DNA from: an uncultured Chthonomonadaceae bacterium
GTDB taxonomy: Bacteria > Armatimonadota > Chthonomonadetes > Chthonomonadales > Chthonomonadaceae
Length of the DNA stretch: 64,000 nt
Assembly: GCA_963817895.1 (NCBI GenBank)
Contig: CAWFQB010000014.1
Location: 512,001 to 576,000, forward strand
Reading direction: 5' to 3'
The notes below the pieces were generated by a model, which saw nothing but the letters and a program-made list of their open reading frames with translations, was not told where the DNA came from and searched no databases. Of the stretch, positions 42,563 through 53,217 are shown piece after piece; position 1 is the first letter of the stretch, and the number at the start of each line of letters is the position of its first letter. The position numbers and the translations under genes are program-made.

Positions 42563-43240
42563 ATGGCACGGACAGCACTGATCGTATATGGGGGTTGGGA
42601 TGGTCACGAACCCAAACAGGTGGCGGGAATCATTGATAGCGCGCTGCAAGCAAGAGGGTTTGCGACGAGGGTAGCGGACACGCTCGACGCTTTCACGGAT
42701 GGCGAGATGCTGATGAGATTGAGCCTGATCGTTCCCATCTGGACAATGGGCAAAATCACGAACGAACAGCTCAACCCGGTCGTCAACGCGGTGAAAAGCG
42801 GCGTGGGCATCGGCGGCTGTCACGGCGGCATGTGCGACAGTTTCCGTGAAGCAACGGAATGGCAGTTTATGACAGGCGGGCAGTGGGTGGCGCATCCCGG
42901 CAATGCGGGCGTCACCTACCCCGTCCACATCACCGACTCGAACCATTTCATTACGCAGGGAACCTCGGATTTTCAGGTGACTTCAGAACAATACTACCTG
43001 CACACCGATCCGGGCAACGTCGTGCTGGCAACCACGCCCTTCCCAACTTCGGGCGTGGACGGCCCGCACGTCACCAATGGGGCCGTCAACATGCCGGTTG
43101 TGTGGACGAAAATGTACGGACAGGGGCGAGTCTTCTACTCATCCCTCGGACACGTCGCCGCAACCGTCAGCGAACCCGACCCGCTGCGCCTGCTGACTCG
43201 CGGCCTGCTGTGGGCCGCAAAAGCCGAAGACGCGGCGTAA
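42563..43240 (+). CDS. ThuA-like (class I glutamine amidotransferase-like) protein
   Basis: GGWDGHEP, GCHGG, GGQWVAHPG, SEQYY, GRVFYSSLGH. Confidence 0.88.
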   Translation: MARTALIVYGGWDGHEPKQVAGIIDSALQARGFATRVADTLDAFTDGEMLMRLSLIVPIWTMGKITNEQLNPVVNAVKSGVGIGGCHGGMCDSFREATEWQFMTGGQWVAHPGNAGVTYPVHITDSNHFITQGTSDFQVTSEQYYLHTDPGNVVLATTPFPTSGVDGPHVTNGAVNMPVVWTKMYGQGRVFYSSLGHVAATVSEPDPLRLLTRGLLWAAKAEDAA

Positions 43241-43242
43241 TA

Positions 43243-43330
43243 GCCCTCATCCCCAACCCTTCTCCCAAACTTGGGAGAAGGGAGTCATTTCGTAATCCCC
43301 GGCTCTTCTCCCAAAATTGGGAGAAGGGAG
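43243..43330. repeat. Two TTCTCCC...GGGAGAA hairpin repeats
   Basis: cccttctcccaaacttgggagaaggg and cttctcccaaaattgggagaag. Confidence 0.75.
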
Positions 43331-43392
43331 TCAATCGTATTTGTGGGAAGACGTATTCCCGTAAAAACGTGTTTGCAAAGGAGCAGGCGAGA

Positions 43393-44553
43393 GTGAGCGC
43401 AACTTACATTGAAATACAGGTGCTGCGAGTCAATCGCAATTTGATGCTGGTCAACGGGGGCATTTTAGGGCTGACGCTGCTGTTCCTCACTTTAATCATG
43501 TTTAGCGGCGTTCTGGTTGCCCGTTCTTTGGATCGCCTTCCGGCGCAGGGCGCGGCGAACGGGGCCAATGCCATTTACCATCAGCCTGCCGCGCTCGATA
43601 CGGCCCACCCCACCCACATCAGCATAGCAGATGTCGCGTCCGCAGACCGAATGGCGCAATTGCAAGGCCACGCCGTCATCTATTCAGACCCGCAGGCGCA
43701 AGACCTCATGTTTCCCGTATGGGATTGGATGGGGCGGGCGACCGGTAACAACAGGCCGCATCTGCCGCCAACGTATCGCGTCAGCATCGCGAACGGACGC
43801 CTTTTTCTCATTCTGCCCGCCACCCCCGATCCCGGCAAAACATTCACGGGCGTTATTCGGCCCTTAACGGACGCCGATTACAACCCTGTCCATTCGGTAG
43901 TGATGGGGCGCGGCTTGCCGGAGGAATTTCAGCCTTTTATACTGGATTGCCTGTCGCTTGCCCCTCCGACCGGCGCGGCGGCTTTGCCCGTTGTCATGCA
44001 TCCGGTTGGCGGACACCACCAATCTCCCCAGTTTCTCATCGTGTTTGGCCTGATGCTGGGCATATCGGGCTGGAATGTCTTCAAAGCCGCCAAACGCCTC
44101 AAAAATCCGCTTTCCCATCCCATTTACGCGAAACTGGCCCGCTACGGACACCCACAGGATTTAGCGCGTTCCATTGAGGCCGAACGGCAGGCGGGAATTA
44201 CGATTCTTGCCCCGGCGGAATTCACCTACTCATGGATGCTGGTTCCGTCCTTTTGGAGTCTGGACGCGGTTCCCCTCGATCAACTCGCGTGGGTTTTCAA
44301 AATGGTCGTATTCGTCAACTTCATTCCCATGAATTTCAAACTGCGCGTTATGGATCGTCAGGGCAAAGGCCATCCCATTTCTACGTCAGACGGGCAAATG
44401 ACGCGCATCATGGACTACATCGGACAGGTGCGTCCGTGGGTTGCGCTCGGATACAGCCGCGAACTGCGCAACCGCTTTGCCTGCGACCGTGCCGGATTTC
44501 TCGCGGAATTAGACGCCCGCCGCCAACGTATGCAGCCCAGATCAATTTCATAG
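43393..44553 (+). CDS. Membrane protein of unknown function
   Basis: GTG start after aggag; two or more TM helices; HPIYAKLARYG. Confidence 0.6.
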   Translation: MSATYIEIQVLRVNRNLMLVNGGILGLTLLFLTLIMFSGVLVARSLDRLPAQGAANGANAIYHQPAALDTAHPTHISIADVASADRMAQLQGHAVIYSDPQAQDLMFPVWDWMGRATGNNRPHLPPTYRVSIANGRLFLILPATPDPGKTFTGVIRPLTDADYNPVHSVVMGRGLPEEFQPFILDCLSLAPPTGAAALPVVMHPVGGHHQSPQFLIVFGLMLGISGWNVFKAAKRLKNPLSHPIYAKLARYGHPQDLARSIEAERQAGITILAPAEFTYSWMLVPSFWSLDAVPLDQLAWVFKMVVFVNFIPMNFKLRVMDRQGKGHPISTSDGQMTRIMDYIGQVRPWVALGYSRELRNRFACDRAGFLAELDARRQRMQPRSIS

Positions 44554-44570
44554 TCCCCATTGCCGTGAGT

Positions 44571-44770
44571 TTCTACCCTCATCCGGCCTCCAGCCACCTT
44601 CTCCCTGCAAGGGAGAAGACTAAATTGTTCAATGGGCGGTGAATTAGGGAATGGAGGAGGCGTTAATCAAGTCCAGCGCGGAAAACAAACCCGTAATCAA
44701 TGCGCCAGACTACCACATTAGCCTTCTCCCTTGCAGGGAGAAGGTGGCCGGAGGCCGGATGAGGGTAGAA
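44571..44770. mobile_element. MITE-like element, 200 bp, with 53-bp inverted arms (2 mismatches), each arm carrying a TTCTCCC/GGGAGAA hairpin
   Basis: 44571-44623 versus the reverse complement of 44718-44770; lies between convergent genes. Confidence 0.7.
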
Positions 44771-44773
44771 CCC

Positions 44774-47333
44774 TTAATGATTGAACACAAACTCTTTGGA
44801 ATTGAGCAAGGCCCATAACAAATCTTCCGCCGTCTTTCTGGCGGTTGGCGGGAAGGGCGGTGGACAGCGCTTTCACGGCTCTGGTTTTTTCTTCGGTTGT
44901 GGGGAACCGGGAAAGGGCGCTCAGATACAATTCCTCTACCAGTTTCGCGTCCGGGGTTTTGGCTTCCAGCAGCGTGGTCACGCGCCCGGTTTTGGAGGAC
45001 AGGCGCGCGTTCAGGCCGACATCGTTCATCAAATGCAGCATCTGGCCCAATGTGGGCATGTCGGAACGTTCGCACTCGCACGTAATGCTGCGGGCGGGCC
45101 GTCCGAACAGATCGAGGAAGTACGAGGCGACGCCCGTATCCGGCAGTTCGCAGGCGCGGGTTCCCATCGGGTAGCCGTCGAACTTATCGCCTACGCCGGT
45201 CACGCCCGCAATCGCGTCCAGCATCTGTTCCGCGCCCAGCCGCTTGAACGCGAAATGCGAATAGTAGCGGGTATCGCGGACATTGTTGCGGGTGGCGTCG
45301 GGCGAGCGCTGATAGGCGTCCGAACGCAGAATATTGCCGCATCAACCTCTTCAAATCGAAATGGTTCTGCGCCAAATCCTGCGCCAGCCAGTCGTACAGC
45401 GCGGCGTTGGAGGGCGGATTAGTGGCGCGGAGATCGTCAACCGGTTCCACAAAGCCCATCCCCATATAGTGCTTCCAGACGCGGTTCACGACCGCATGGG
45501 CGAAAAACGGGTTTTGCGGCGATGTCAGCCAGTCCGCAAGCGCCTGCCGCCGATCCTGCCCCTCTGCGTCGGGAACCGCTTTGGCATCTAAGGCGCAGGG
45601 CATCACGACCTGCTGCGTTTTCGGGTGGCGCACTTCCCCCGCCGCCACTGCCACAATCACGGGTTCGCCTGCGCGTTCGCCGGGTTTGGAACCGACGCGC
45701 GCGAAAAACGCCGCCATCTGGTAATACTGGTTTTGCGTCCACTTCTCATACGGATGGTTGTGGCAACGGGCGCAGGCGATACGAACGCCGAGAAAAATCT
45801 CCGATGTGGTTTCCGCCAGTTCCAGCGGTCCGGCTGCCGTGCGGTAATAGTTGGCGGCCCCATTGTTGAACGCGCTGCCCTGCGCCAGTACCAGTTCCCG
45901 CGCCATCTGATCCCACGGCTTGTTGTCGGCTACGCTCTGCCGTATCCAGTCGTGATAAGCGTTCATGCCTTTGACCGCGAGTTTTTGCCGCGAACAGCGC
46001 AGAATGTCGCCCCATTTCAGCGTCCAGAAGTCCACGTATTCGGGCGAGGCTAAGAGCGCGTCAATCAGTTTGTCGCGCTTGTCCTTTGCCGTATCGCTCA
46101 GAAACGCCCGCGCTTCGTCCGCAGTGGGAATACGCCCGGTCACATCCAGATACGAGCGGCGCAAAAAATCCGAATCCGAACAACGCGCCGACGTTTCCAG
46201 CCCCAACGCGGTTAATTTCGCGTTGACGAGTTTGTCAATAGTGGAGAGTGGAGGAGTAGGCATCTGCTATCTCTTTATCTCCTTTTCTCCCTTTCTCCTT
46301 TTCTCCTTTTCTATCTGCTAACGACGGCCCGTAAGGAGAGACAACCCGCGCCGTGCCGACAAGTCCCTGATAGCGGACGATGATCGCGCCCTCGCCATTG
46401 CCGGTTACTTTGGCTTCGCCGCCTGCTGTCACGGTGGCTACGGTTTCATCGCTGGCGGAAAACAGGGTTTCGGTCGTCACGTCGCGCTTGCTGCCGTCCG
46501 CATACGTGGCTGTCACCGCAAACCGCTGTCGCGCCATTGACAGGAATGGTTCGGATGGGAGGAGTTACATCCAGGCGGGTAACAGCCAGTTCTTTGGGGC
46601 CGGGGGCGGGAAGTCCGGCGGCAATCCAGTCGCGCACAATGCTGTACTCCGTACTGCCCTCCATAAACCGCTTGCCGCCCTTGTGGTACACGGCCAGAAC
46701 GGGCTTGCGCAGCAGCAGGCTCTGTTCCGGCTGCGCGACGGATACGCGCCGCGCCCGGTTCGCCCGCGTAATCGCCAGATAATCCGCGTCCGGGTCATAG
46801 CCGAGCAGCGACAGTTTGAAGCCGCCTTTGCCTGACGCCGCGCCGTGACACGCGCCCTGATTACATCCGGCATGGGTGAGCACCGGCATCACATCGGCGA
46901 CAAAGCGGGGCGGGGGCGCGTTCTTCATTCCCGACACTACAACCGGAACGCGCGTTTCCCGGCCCTGCCAGCGGGCAATCAAAACAGTTTTGCCGTCTCG
47001 TTTCGGACGCGCGATTCCATTTTCGTCAACCGTCGCAATATGTGGGTCGAGCGTTCGCCATTCTGCCTTCGCGCTCACATCCTGCGGTTCCTTCTGACTG
47101 CCGCTTGTTTCCACAAGAGCGCGGCACTCCTCATACGGGTTGCGCAGCGTAATCATGGCGGGAAGCATCCGCAATGCCGCCCCGGATGCCGCCGAAGCAG
47201 GCAAGGCGCGAACCGTTTTAATCTGCGCTTTACCCGCATTATGACTCTGCGCCGACGCAGGGCAGGGCAACAATGAAAGCGCGGTCAGGGACAGGAACGA
47301 ACACAGAAGCGGCAAGGACGTGAAAAATTTCAT
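44774..47333 (-). CDS. Secreted Ig-like + DUF1549/DUF1553 protein (several frameshifts)
   Basis: Signal peptide; GCNQGACHG; FLRRSYLDVTG; CARCHNHPYE; NRVWKHYMGMG; FGRPAR..CECER; ends EFVFNH*. Confidence 0.8.
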
Positions 47334-47596
47334 AAGGATGGCTGGTTTTCCAATAAAGTGAAGAACGGCAATACAATGCTACTGTTTACGAGCCTGAATC
47401 TACCCGTTTGTAACAAATATTTTGGTAATCCACGCCTTGCAGCAACCTTTTCAGCAGAATATTTGCGCAGGCAGGCGCTTTCAACACCCTTCAAAGAACG
47501 CTTCGCGCATCCTCTTGATTGCAGATAAAGGCAATCCAGTGTTATAATGACAGCCAATCTGAAACACTTTTTTCTCGGAACAGGAGCAGCAGCAGC

Positions 47597-48654
47597 ATGG
47601 ATGTAGCGAACAAAAAGCGATTTTTTCTGGTGCTGTTGTTGGGCGTTGTCGCGTCTGTTGGGGTCTGGCTGATGCGGCGGCGCGAACCCTCCCTGCTCGA
47701 CCACGCCCGCCGTATTCCCGGCATGCAGGCTCTCGCGCTTGCGCCCGATTATTTCTGGCTCAATGACAACGAGTTGATGTACCAGAAACCCTTACCCGAA
47801 AAGAGGCGCGTCTCAGGTGATGCGGCGGAACATCGAAACGGGGGCGGAAACCGTGCAGGGCGACCTTACTTCGGGCGGGCTGCAAGTGTCCCCGGACGGC
47901 GCGTGGGCGCTCACCTACACAGCGGGGCGCGAGGGGATGCTGTTCACCATAGAACGCACGGATGGTTCGCGGAAGTTTCTGTATCGCAGTCCGTCCAGAC
48001 CTGTACAGCCCCGTCTCGCCTGGACACCCGATGACTTCTGCCTTGTCGAATTGATACCCTCCTATACAGGAGAAGGGCAAAGTGAAACCGGCACTGCTGC
48101 GCACCTACTTCCTCAACTCGGCGACGCCCATCGCATCCAATACCGTTGAGGAAAACTCAAGCGGGCTATTGTTGCTTGGCTCTCTCCCCAACCATCATGT
48201 CCTCGCGACCTATCCCAATTTCGTGGGGAATATCCAACGCGCAAAGCGGTGACGCAGGCACGGCCCCGATGTTGGATTTTCCACCCGAACGTGATTCCAT
48301 TGCCCATCACTACGCCATCGCCAAACCACCCGATAGCATGAACGGGGAGGCGATTTTGTCGCCGCAGGGTACACGCATCGCCTGGATGTTCGGCGACATC
48401 CATGAACCTCCAGGTTATCTTAACATCTTTCCAAACTGTACGACATGCTTCATATTCGTCGTTCGCGCGCGATATCATTTTGGATCAGCAACCCGGACGG
48501 CAGCGACCTGCATAAGGTTGGCAACATTCCCATCGCAGAAGCCGCAAAATATACGGCAAGCGTCACCGTCCCTTCCGACCTGCGCTGGACGCCGAACGGC
48601 AAAAATTTGAGTTTTCTGTATGAAAACAGCCTGTATATCGTTCCCGTCCCATAG
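47597..48654 (+). CDS. Membrane-anchored TolB/WD40-like propeller protein, multiply frameshifted or pseudogene
   Basis: N-terminal TM; SPDG, SPQG, WTPNGK motifs spread over 4 ORFs. Confidence 0.5.
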
Positions 48655-48680
48655 CGCAGAATTTAGAGCCTGCCCCTACA

Positions 48681-48728
48681 GGTTCCCCTTCTCCCAAGTT
48701 TGGGAGAAGGGGTCAGGGGTTGAGGGCA
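48681..48728. repeat. TTCTCCC...GGGAGAA hairpin repeat
   Basis: ccccttctcccaagtttgggagaaggggtcaggggttgaggg. Confidence 0.75.
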
Positions 48729-48789
48729 ATAGCGCGGGATTCAACCGGATTGTTCACTCTCCTGTTCGCGATTATTCGCGCCTGTTTTC

Positions 48790-49578
48790 GTGAAAGGCGA
48801 CCGCCATTTACACCCTTTTTTTCGATTTCGACGATACTTTGAGCGAACAGATACCGTTCAATCTCCAATATGTGAGGGGCATTGGCAGTGTTCTGGCTCC
48901 CGTTTATGGCGGCAACGAGGAAGATTGGGCGAAATCGCCATTGACATGCTGGAAACATTGGAAGCGCAGTATATCGCGCAGTTTCGCGTCACGCCAACCA
49001 ACTACAATGCGTGGTTCGCCCGCCTCCACGCGCAGGCAATGCAACTGGTGTTCGACGGCATGGGCCTGCCGGTTCCCGAAAATGCCGAACAACTGTCGCG
49101 GGATACGCAAAAACGCGCCCTTTCCGCCTGTGACGCCGCGTTTCCCGGCGCGAAGCAGGCGGTTGAAACGCTAAAGCAGCGCGGCTATACATTACATACG
49201 GCTTCCGGCAACGATTCGGGACATTTGCGCAACGCCCTTGCTGGAATAGGACTTGAACCCTGCTTTGAACGCTTTTATGGCCCCGATCTGGTAGACTGCG
49301 CCAAAGAAAGCCCTGAGTTTTACAAACGCATTTTCGCCGATTTGAACCTGCCGCCCTCGCATGCCCTGATTATTGACAACGATCCCAACGCCATACGCTG
49401 GGCGCAGTCCCTCGGCGCGAAAGCCATTCAGGTGGATTTGCTGCCGTATAAAAAATTGGAAACCGCATCGGGCATTGCAGGCAAAATCCGTGATATAGCG
49501 CAACTGCCTGCGCTAGTCGAACTGGTTTCTGAATTTCACAGCAACGATGAACAGGAGGCGCGACAACATGGCAATTGA
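48790..49578 (+). CDS. HAD-family hydrolase (two compensating frameshifts near the 5' end)
   Basis: FDFDDTL in an alternative frame; ASGN; AKESP; IIDND. Confidence 0.75.
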   Translation: MKGDRHLHPFFRFRRYFERTDTVQSPICEGHWQCSGSRLWRQRGRLGEIAIDMLETLEAQYIAQFRVTPTNYNAWFARLHAQAMQLVFDGMGLPVPENAEQLSRDTQKRALSACDAAFPGAKQAVETLKQRGYTLHTASGNDSGHLRNALAGIGLEPCFERFYGPDLVDCAKESPEFYKRIFADLNLPPSHALIIDNDPNAIRWAQSLGAKAIQVDLLPYKKLETASGIAGKIRDIAQLPALVELVSEFHSNDEQEARQHGN

Positions 49579-50185
49579 AACACGACTTCAACCGTCTTCA
49601 ACCCGTTACATCACCTATGAGGAGTATCTACAGGACGAAGGCGAAAACCATCATACGGAATGGGTGAACGGAAAGGTCATTGACATCAGCATGGTTTCGG
49701 ACGAACATAATATCCTGAATGGTTTTCTCTACCTTTTACTTCAAATGTGGGCGTCTGCGCATCAAGCCGGAGAGGTGCGTACCGATCCATTCAACATGAA
49801 GATAGGGCCGAACCTGCCCGGACGCGCGCCCGATGTCATGTTTATCACAAACGCGCATCGGGATCGGTTGCTGCGTAATCATCTGCGTGGGCCGTGCGAC
49901 ATTGCCGTTGAAGTGGTCAGTCCCGATTACCGCTACCGGGACGTGACGGAAAAATTTTCCGAATACGAGCAGGGCGGCGTACCGGAATACTGGGTTGTTG
50001 ACTACGACGTTCGGCAGGCGCGGTTTTACGGACTGAATGAGAACGGCGCGTATGAAGAACTTCCAGTCAGCAGCGAGGGAGTTTTTCATAGCCGCGTTCT
50101 GCCGGGATTATGGCTCAACGTGAATTGGATGTGGCAGCGCCCGGTTCCATCGTGGCTAGACCTTGCCCGTGAATGGAATCTGTAA
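49568..50185 (+). CDS. Uma2 (DUF820) endonuclease-family protein
   Basis: EWVNG, APDVMF, AVEVVSP, YEQGGVPEYWVVD, SRVLPGLWL. Confidence 0.9.
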   Translation: MAIETRLQPSSTRYITYEEYLQDEGENHHTEWVNGKVIDISMVSDEHNILNGFLYLLLQMWASAHQAGEVRTDPFNMKIGPNLPGRAPDVMFITNAHRDRLLRNHLRGPCDIAVEVVSPDYRYRDVTEKFSEYEQGGVPEYWVVDYDVRQARFYGLNENGAYEELPVSSEGVFHSRVLPGLWLNVNWMWQRPVPSWLDLAREWNL

Positions 50186-50191
50186 CCGCGC

Positions 50192-51028
50192 TTATAACTC
50201 TATGCCGATCTCCTGCGCCACACTGCGCGCGTAGGCGGCGGCTTCGTCGTACTCATCGGAACGGGACAGGTGTTCCAGCAGAATGGGCGTATCCGCGTCC
50301 AGTTTCGCCGTCTCGCGCAGCAGGGTTCGATAATCTAAATGGCCTTTACCGGGCGCGACTTCGTCCAGATGAACGGTCATTTTGCCCGAAAGCGTCATAT
50401 CCTTGATGTGGCAGCATTTGATATGCGGCCCCAACAGGGCAAAGCACTGTTTCAGAAAAGCCGTATTGTTCAGGAATTTTTCCGGACTCGTGACCAGATT
50501 GGCCGGGTCGAGATGCGCGGCGAATTGCGGGCGATCTATCGCCTGTATCAAATCCGCGTAGCTTTCCGGGCTATGGGGGAAAACCCACGGCATGGTTTCC
50601 AGCGTAAAAAAGGTCCGTGTCGGGTTGACAGCATCTATAATCGTTCGGGTGGTTTCCACAATCAGCGCGAACGTTTCCGGCGTGAGATTGTCCGGGTGCG
50701 GCCCGTCCCACTGTTCAAGATTGCGCGAACCGGCGATATTAACGCAACACCGCGCCCCGATCTGCTCCGCAAGCGCTAACTGCGCCTGACAGTGCGCGAT
50801 GGCTTTCTGCCTGACCTCCGCATCCGGGCTGATGGGATTGCTCCACGCGCCCACTTCCGCAATCACAATGTCGGCTTCCCGCGCCGCGTTCGCATACGCC
50901 GCAATCACATCCGCGCCCGCATCCGCTTTGATGGGGCAGTACGCCGCCCGATAACGCTTTGCCCGTACCGCCGCAATCCACTTTTCCGGCGTGGATACAT
51001 CCCCGAAAATCGGCCCGCCAAGTCGCAT
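50192..51028 (-). CDS. Sugar-phosphate isomerase/epimerase (xylose-isomerase-like TIM barrel)
   Basis: TLETMP, HLDPAN, CHIKD, LLEH. Confidence 0.85.
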   Translation of the reverse strand: MRLGGPIFGDVSTPEKWIAAVRAKRYRAAYCPIKADAGADVIAAYANAAREADIVIAEVGAWSNPISPDAEVRQKAIAHCQAQLALAEQIGARCCVNIAGSRNLEQWDGPHPDNLTPETFALIVETTRTIIDAVNPTRTFFTLETMPWVFPHSPESYADLIQAIDRPQFAAHLDPANLVTSPEKFLNNTAFLKQCFALLGPHIKCCHIKDMTLSGKMTVHLDEVAPGKGHLDYRTLLRETAKLDADTPILLEHLSRSDEYDEAAAYARSVAQEIGIEL

Positions 51029-51264
51029 CTTTCCGCTCCTTTTCCTCTCATTTCGCTGTCGAATACCCTAACCACTACTCCCGCCTTGTCTGTTCACATT
51101 GATTCCGCGTTCGCAAAAGTGCTAGAATAACCGTATGAGGATGTGTTTCGCGCAGATAGTTTCCCTTTCGCGCCAACATTTCCTGCTGCACCCCCGCTCG
51201 CCGGTAGCCTCACAAGCACAACGTTAAATCGGCGAGAATGGAATTCATAGGAGAATACCTTCAC

Positions 51265-52281
51265 ATGGCCGTCAAAGTAGGCATCAACGGATTCGGGCGC
51301 ATCGGACGCCTGACCCTGCGTACCATTCTGGAACGCTACCCCAACGACATCGAAGTCGTTGCCGTCAACGATCTGACCGACAGCAAGACCAACGCGCATC
51401 TGTTCCAGTTCGACTCCACGTATGGCCCATTCAAGGGCGACGTATCCGTTCAGGAAAACGATTTCGTTGTCAACGGCAAGGGCATCAAAGTGTTCGCCGA
51501 GCGCAATCCCGGCGACATTCCCTGGGACAGCGTGGGAACGGACATCGTTATCGAGTCTACGGGCTTCTTCACGGACGCCACCAAAGCCGTCGCGCACCGC
51601 GAACATGGCGTGAAAAAAGTCGTAATATCCGCGCCCGCCAAAAAAGAAGACCTGACGATTGTGCTGGGCGTCAATGAAAACATGTACGATCCCGCAAAGC
51701 ATCATGTCGTCAGCAACGCGAGTTGTACCACAAACGGACTTGCGCCCGTCGCCAAGCTGCTCAACGACCGCTTCGGAATCGAAAAAGGGCTGCTGACAAC
51801 GGTTCACGCTTATACCAACTCGCAGAAATTGCAAGATACGGCTGCCAAAGACGACCTGCGCGACGCCCGCGCAGCGGCGCAGAACATTGTTCCATCTGCC
51901 ACCGGAGCCGCCCGCGCTGTCGGGTTGGTCATTCCTGAGTTGCAGGGCAAGTTCAACGGCATGGCGTTCCGCGTCCCCACCCCGACCGTCTCCGTCGTGG
52001 ACTTTACCGCCGTGTTGAGCCGGGACGCCACGATTGAAGAGATCAACGCGACGGCCAAAGAGTACGCGGACGGCCCGATGAAAGGCATTCTGCGCTACAC
52101 GGAACTGCCGCTCGTGTCCACAGACCTGAAGGGCGACACACACTCGTCCATCTATTCCGCCGTAGATACGGTTGCCGTCGGCGGCAATCTGGTCAAAGTG
52201 GTCGCCTGGTACGACAACGAATGGGGCTACTCCTGCCGCGTCGCCGATCTGGTCAACTTCCTCGCCAATAAAGGCCTCTGA
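51265..52281 (+). CDS. gap: Type I glyceraldehyde-3-phosphate dehydrogenase
   Basis: [27 protein letters not shown]. Confidence 0.97.
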   Translation: MAVKVGINGFGRIGRLTLRTILERYPNDIEVVAVNDLTDSKTNAHLFQFDSTYGPFKGDVSVQENDFVVNGKGIKVFAERNPGDIPWDSVGTDIVIESTGFFTDATKAVAHREHGVKKVVISAPAKKEDLTIVLGVNENMYDPAKHHVVSNASCTTNGLAPVAKLLNDRFGIEKGLLTTVHAYTNSQKLQDTAAKDDLRDARAAAQNIVPSATGAARAVGLVIPELQGKFNGMAFRVPTPTVSVVDFTAVLSRDATIEEINATAKEYADGPMKGILRYTELPLVSTDLKGDTHSSIYSAVDTVAVGGNLVKVVAWYDNEWGYSCRVADLVNFLANKGL

Positions 52282-52283
52282 TA

Positions 52284-52350
52284 AGGGAAAAGGGAAAAGG
52301 GAAAAGAGAAAAGTATCTATGTTATAGACTTTTTCCTTTTTCCTTTCTCC
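52284..52350. repeat. Inverted heptamer arrays (AGGGAAA)n / (TTTTCC)n
   Basis: Starts 2 bp after the gap stop and precedes the inserted gene pair. Confidence 0.75.
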
Positions 52351-52371
52351 TGCATTGATGGAGGCGCAACA

Positions 52372-52875
52372 TTGTCATTCCGAGCGCGTATTGATGCTAA
52401 TCCAGAAACACTGGCTAAGTTCGAGCAGGCATGGAAACAACGCTACATAGAAGGCATGAGATTACTGGAAGATGAAGCAACTCGTACAGGTGGGGTATAT
52501 CTGCTCGGATACGTGGCAGAGATGATTTTGAAAGTCGCGTACTTTCGCTTTACGGGAGCATCTTCGGATGACTTACTTGGGAATTTGCTCAAAGCTAAAG
52601 CGTTCAAAGATGCCAGTGAAAGCGTCAGCGCAGACACTGAATCTAATCACAGTCTACAGTTCTGGACAGAAATGTTAATTGTCACTCGGAACCAGAATAA
52701 TCGGCGATTACCCACTCACCTGCAAGATACGTTAGTTGGCTACGGAGTTACATTACACCAGAACTGGAAGGTTGATATTCGTTATCAACCGCTTGCCGTT
52801 GCGGCGCAAGAATAGCGGGAAGTTAGAGAAGCGGTTCAATGGTTCTACTACCATCACGACAGCTTATGGAGATAA
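52372..52875 (+). CDS. HEPN-like protein; in-frame TAG at 52813-52815
   Basis: GGVYLLGYVAEMILKV, NHSL, WKVDIRY; read-through adds REVREAVQWFYYHHDSLWR*, ending 3 bp before the next ATG. Confidence 0.65.
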
Positions 52876-52878
52876 ATC

Positions 52879-53217
52879 ATGCCAATAGGACACATCGTGA
52901 AAGATCCTTCTGCGGATGCAGATAAACTCATTCAAATCTTGAAAAAAGAATGGATGGGAATTAGCAACAGCTTAGACCATGAGCCAGTTTTGATTGAAGA
53001 GCCTTCCGGCATGGGTGATTACAAACGTCTGTATGTCATTTGGTCAAAGTGGAGTGGTATGTCACACCGCGAACGCGCTGAAATTATTCTGAAATCATAT
53101 CGGCAAGCTCGTCCGGCAGACTCACTTAATGTTACCGTTGCGACAGGACTAACCAAAAAAGAAGCCGCCGACATGAACCTTAAATACACTATGGGAAAGA
53201 ATGAAGAACATGAATAA
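52879..53217 (+). CDS. Small protein with a BolA-like pattern, putative HEPN partner
   Basis: [20 protein letters not shown]...TGLTKKE; overlaps the pgk start. Confidence 0.5.
   Translation: MPIGHIVKDPSADADKLIQILKKEWMGISNSLDHEPVLIEEPSGMGDYKRLYVIWSKWSGMSHRERAEIILKSYRQARPADSLNVTVATGLTKKEAADMNLKYTMGKNEEHE

Noticed and set aside
49568..50185. Uma2 gene as a defence system
   Set aside because: Solitary Uma2 paralogues are common and no partner genes are present
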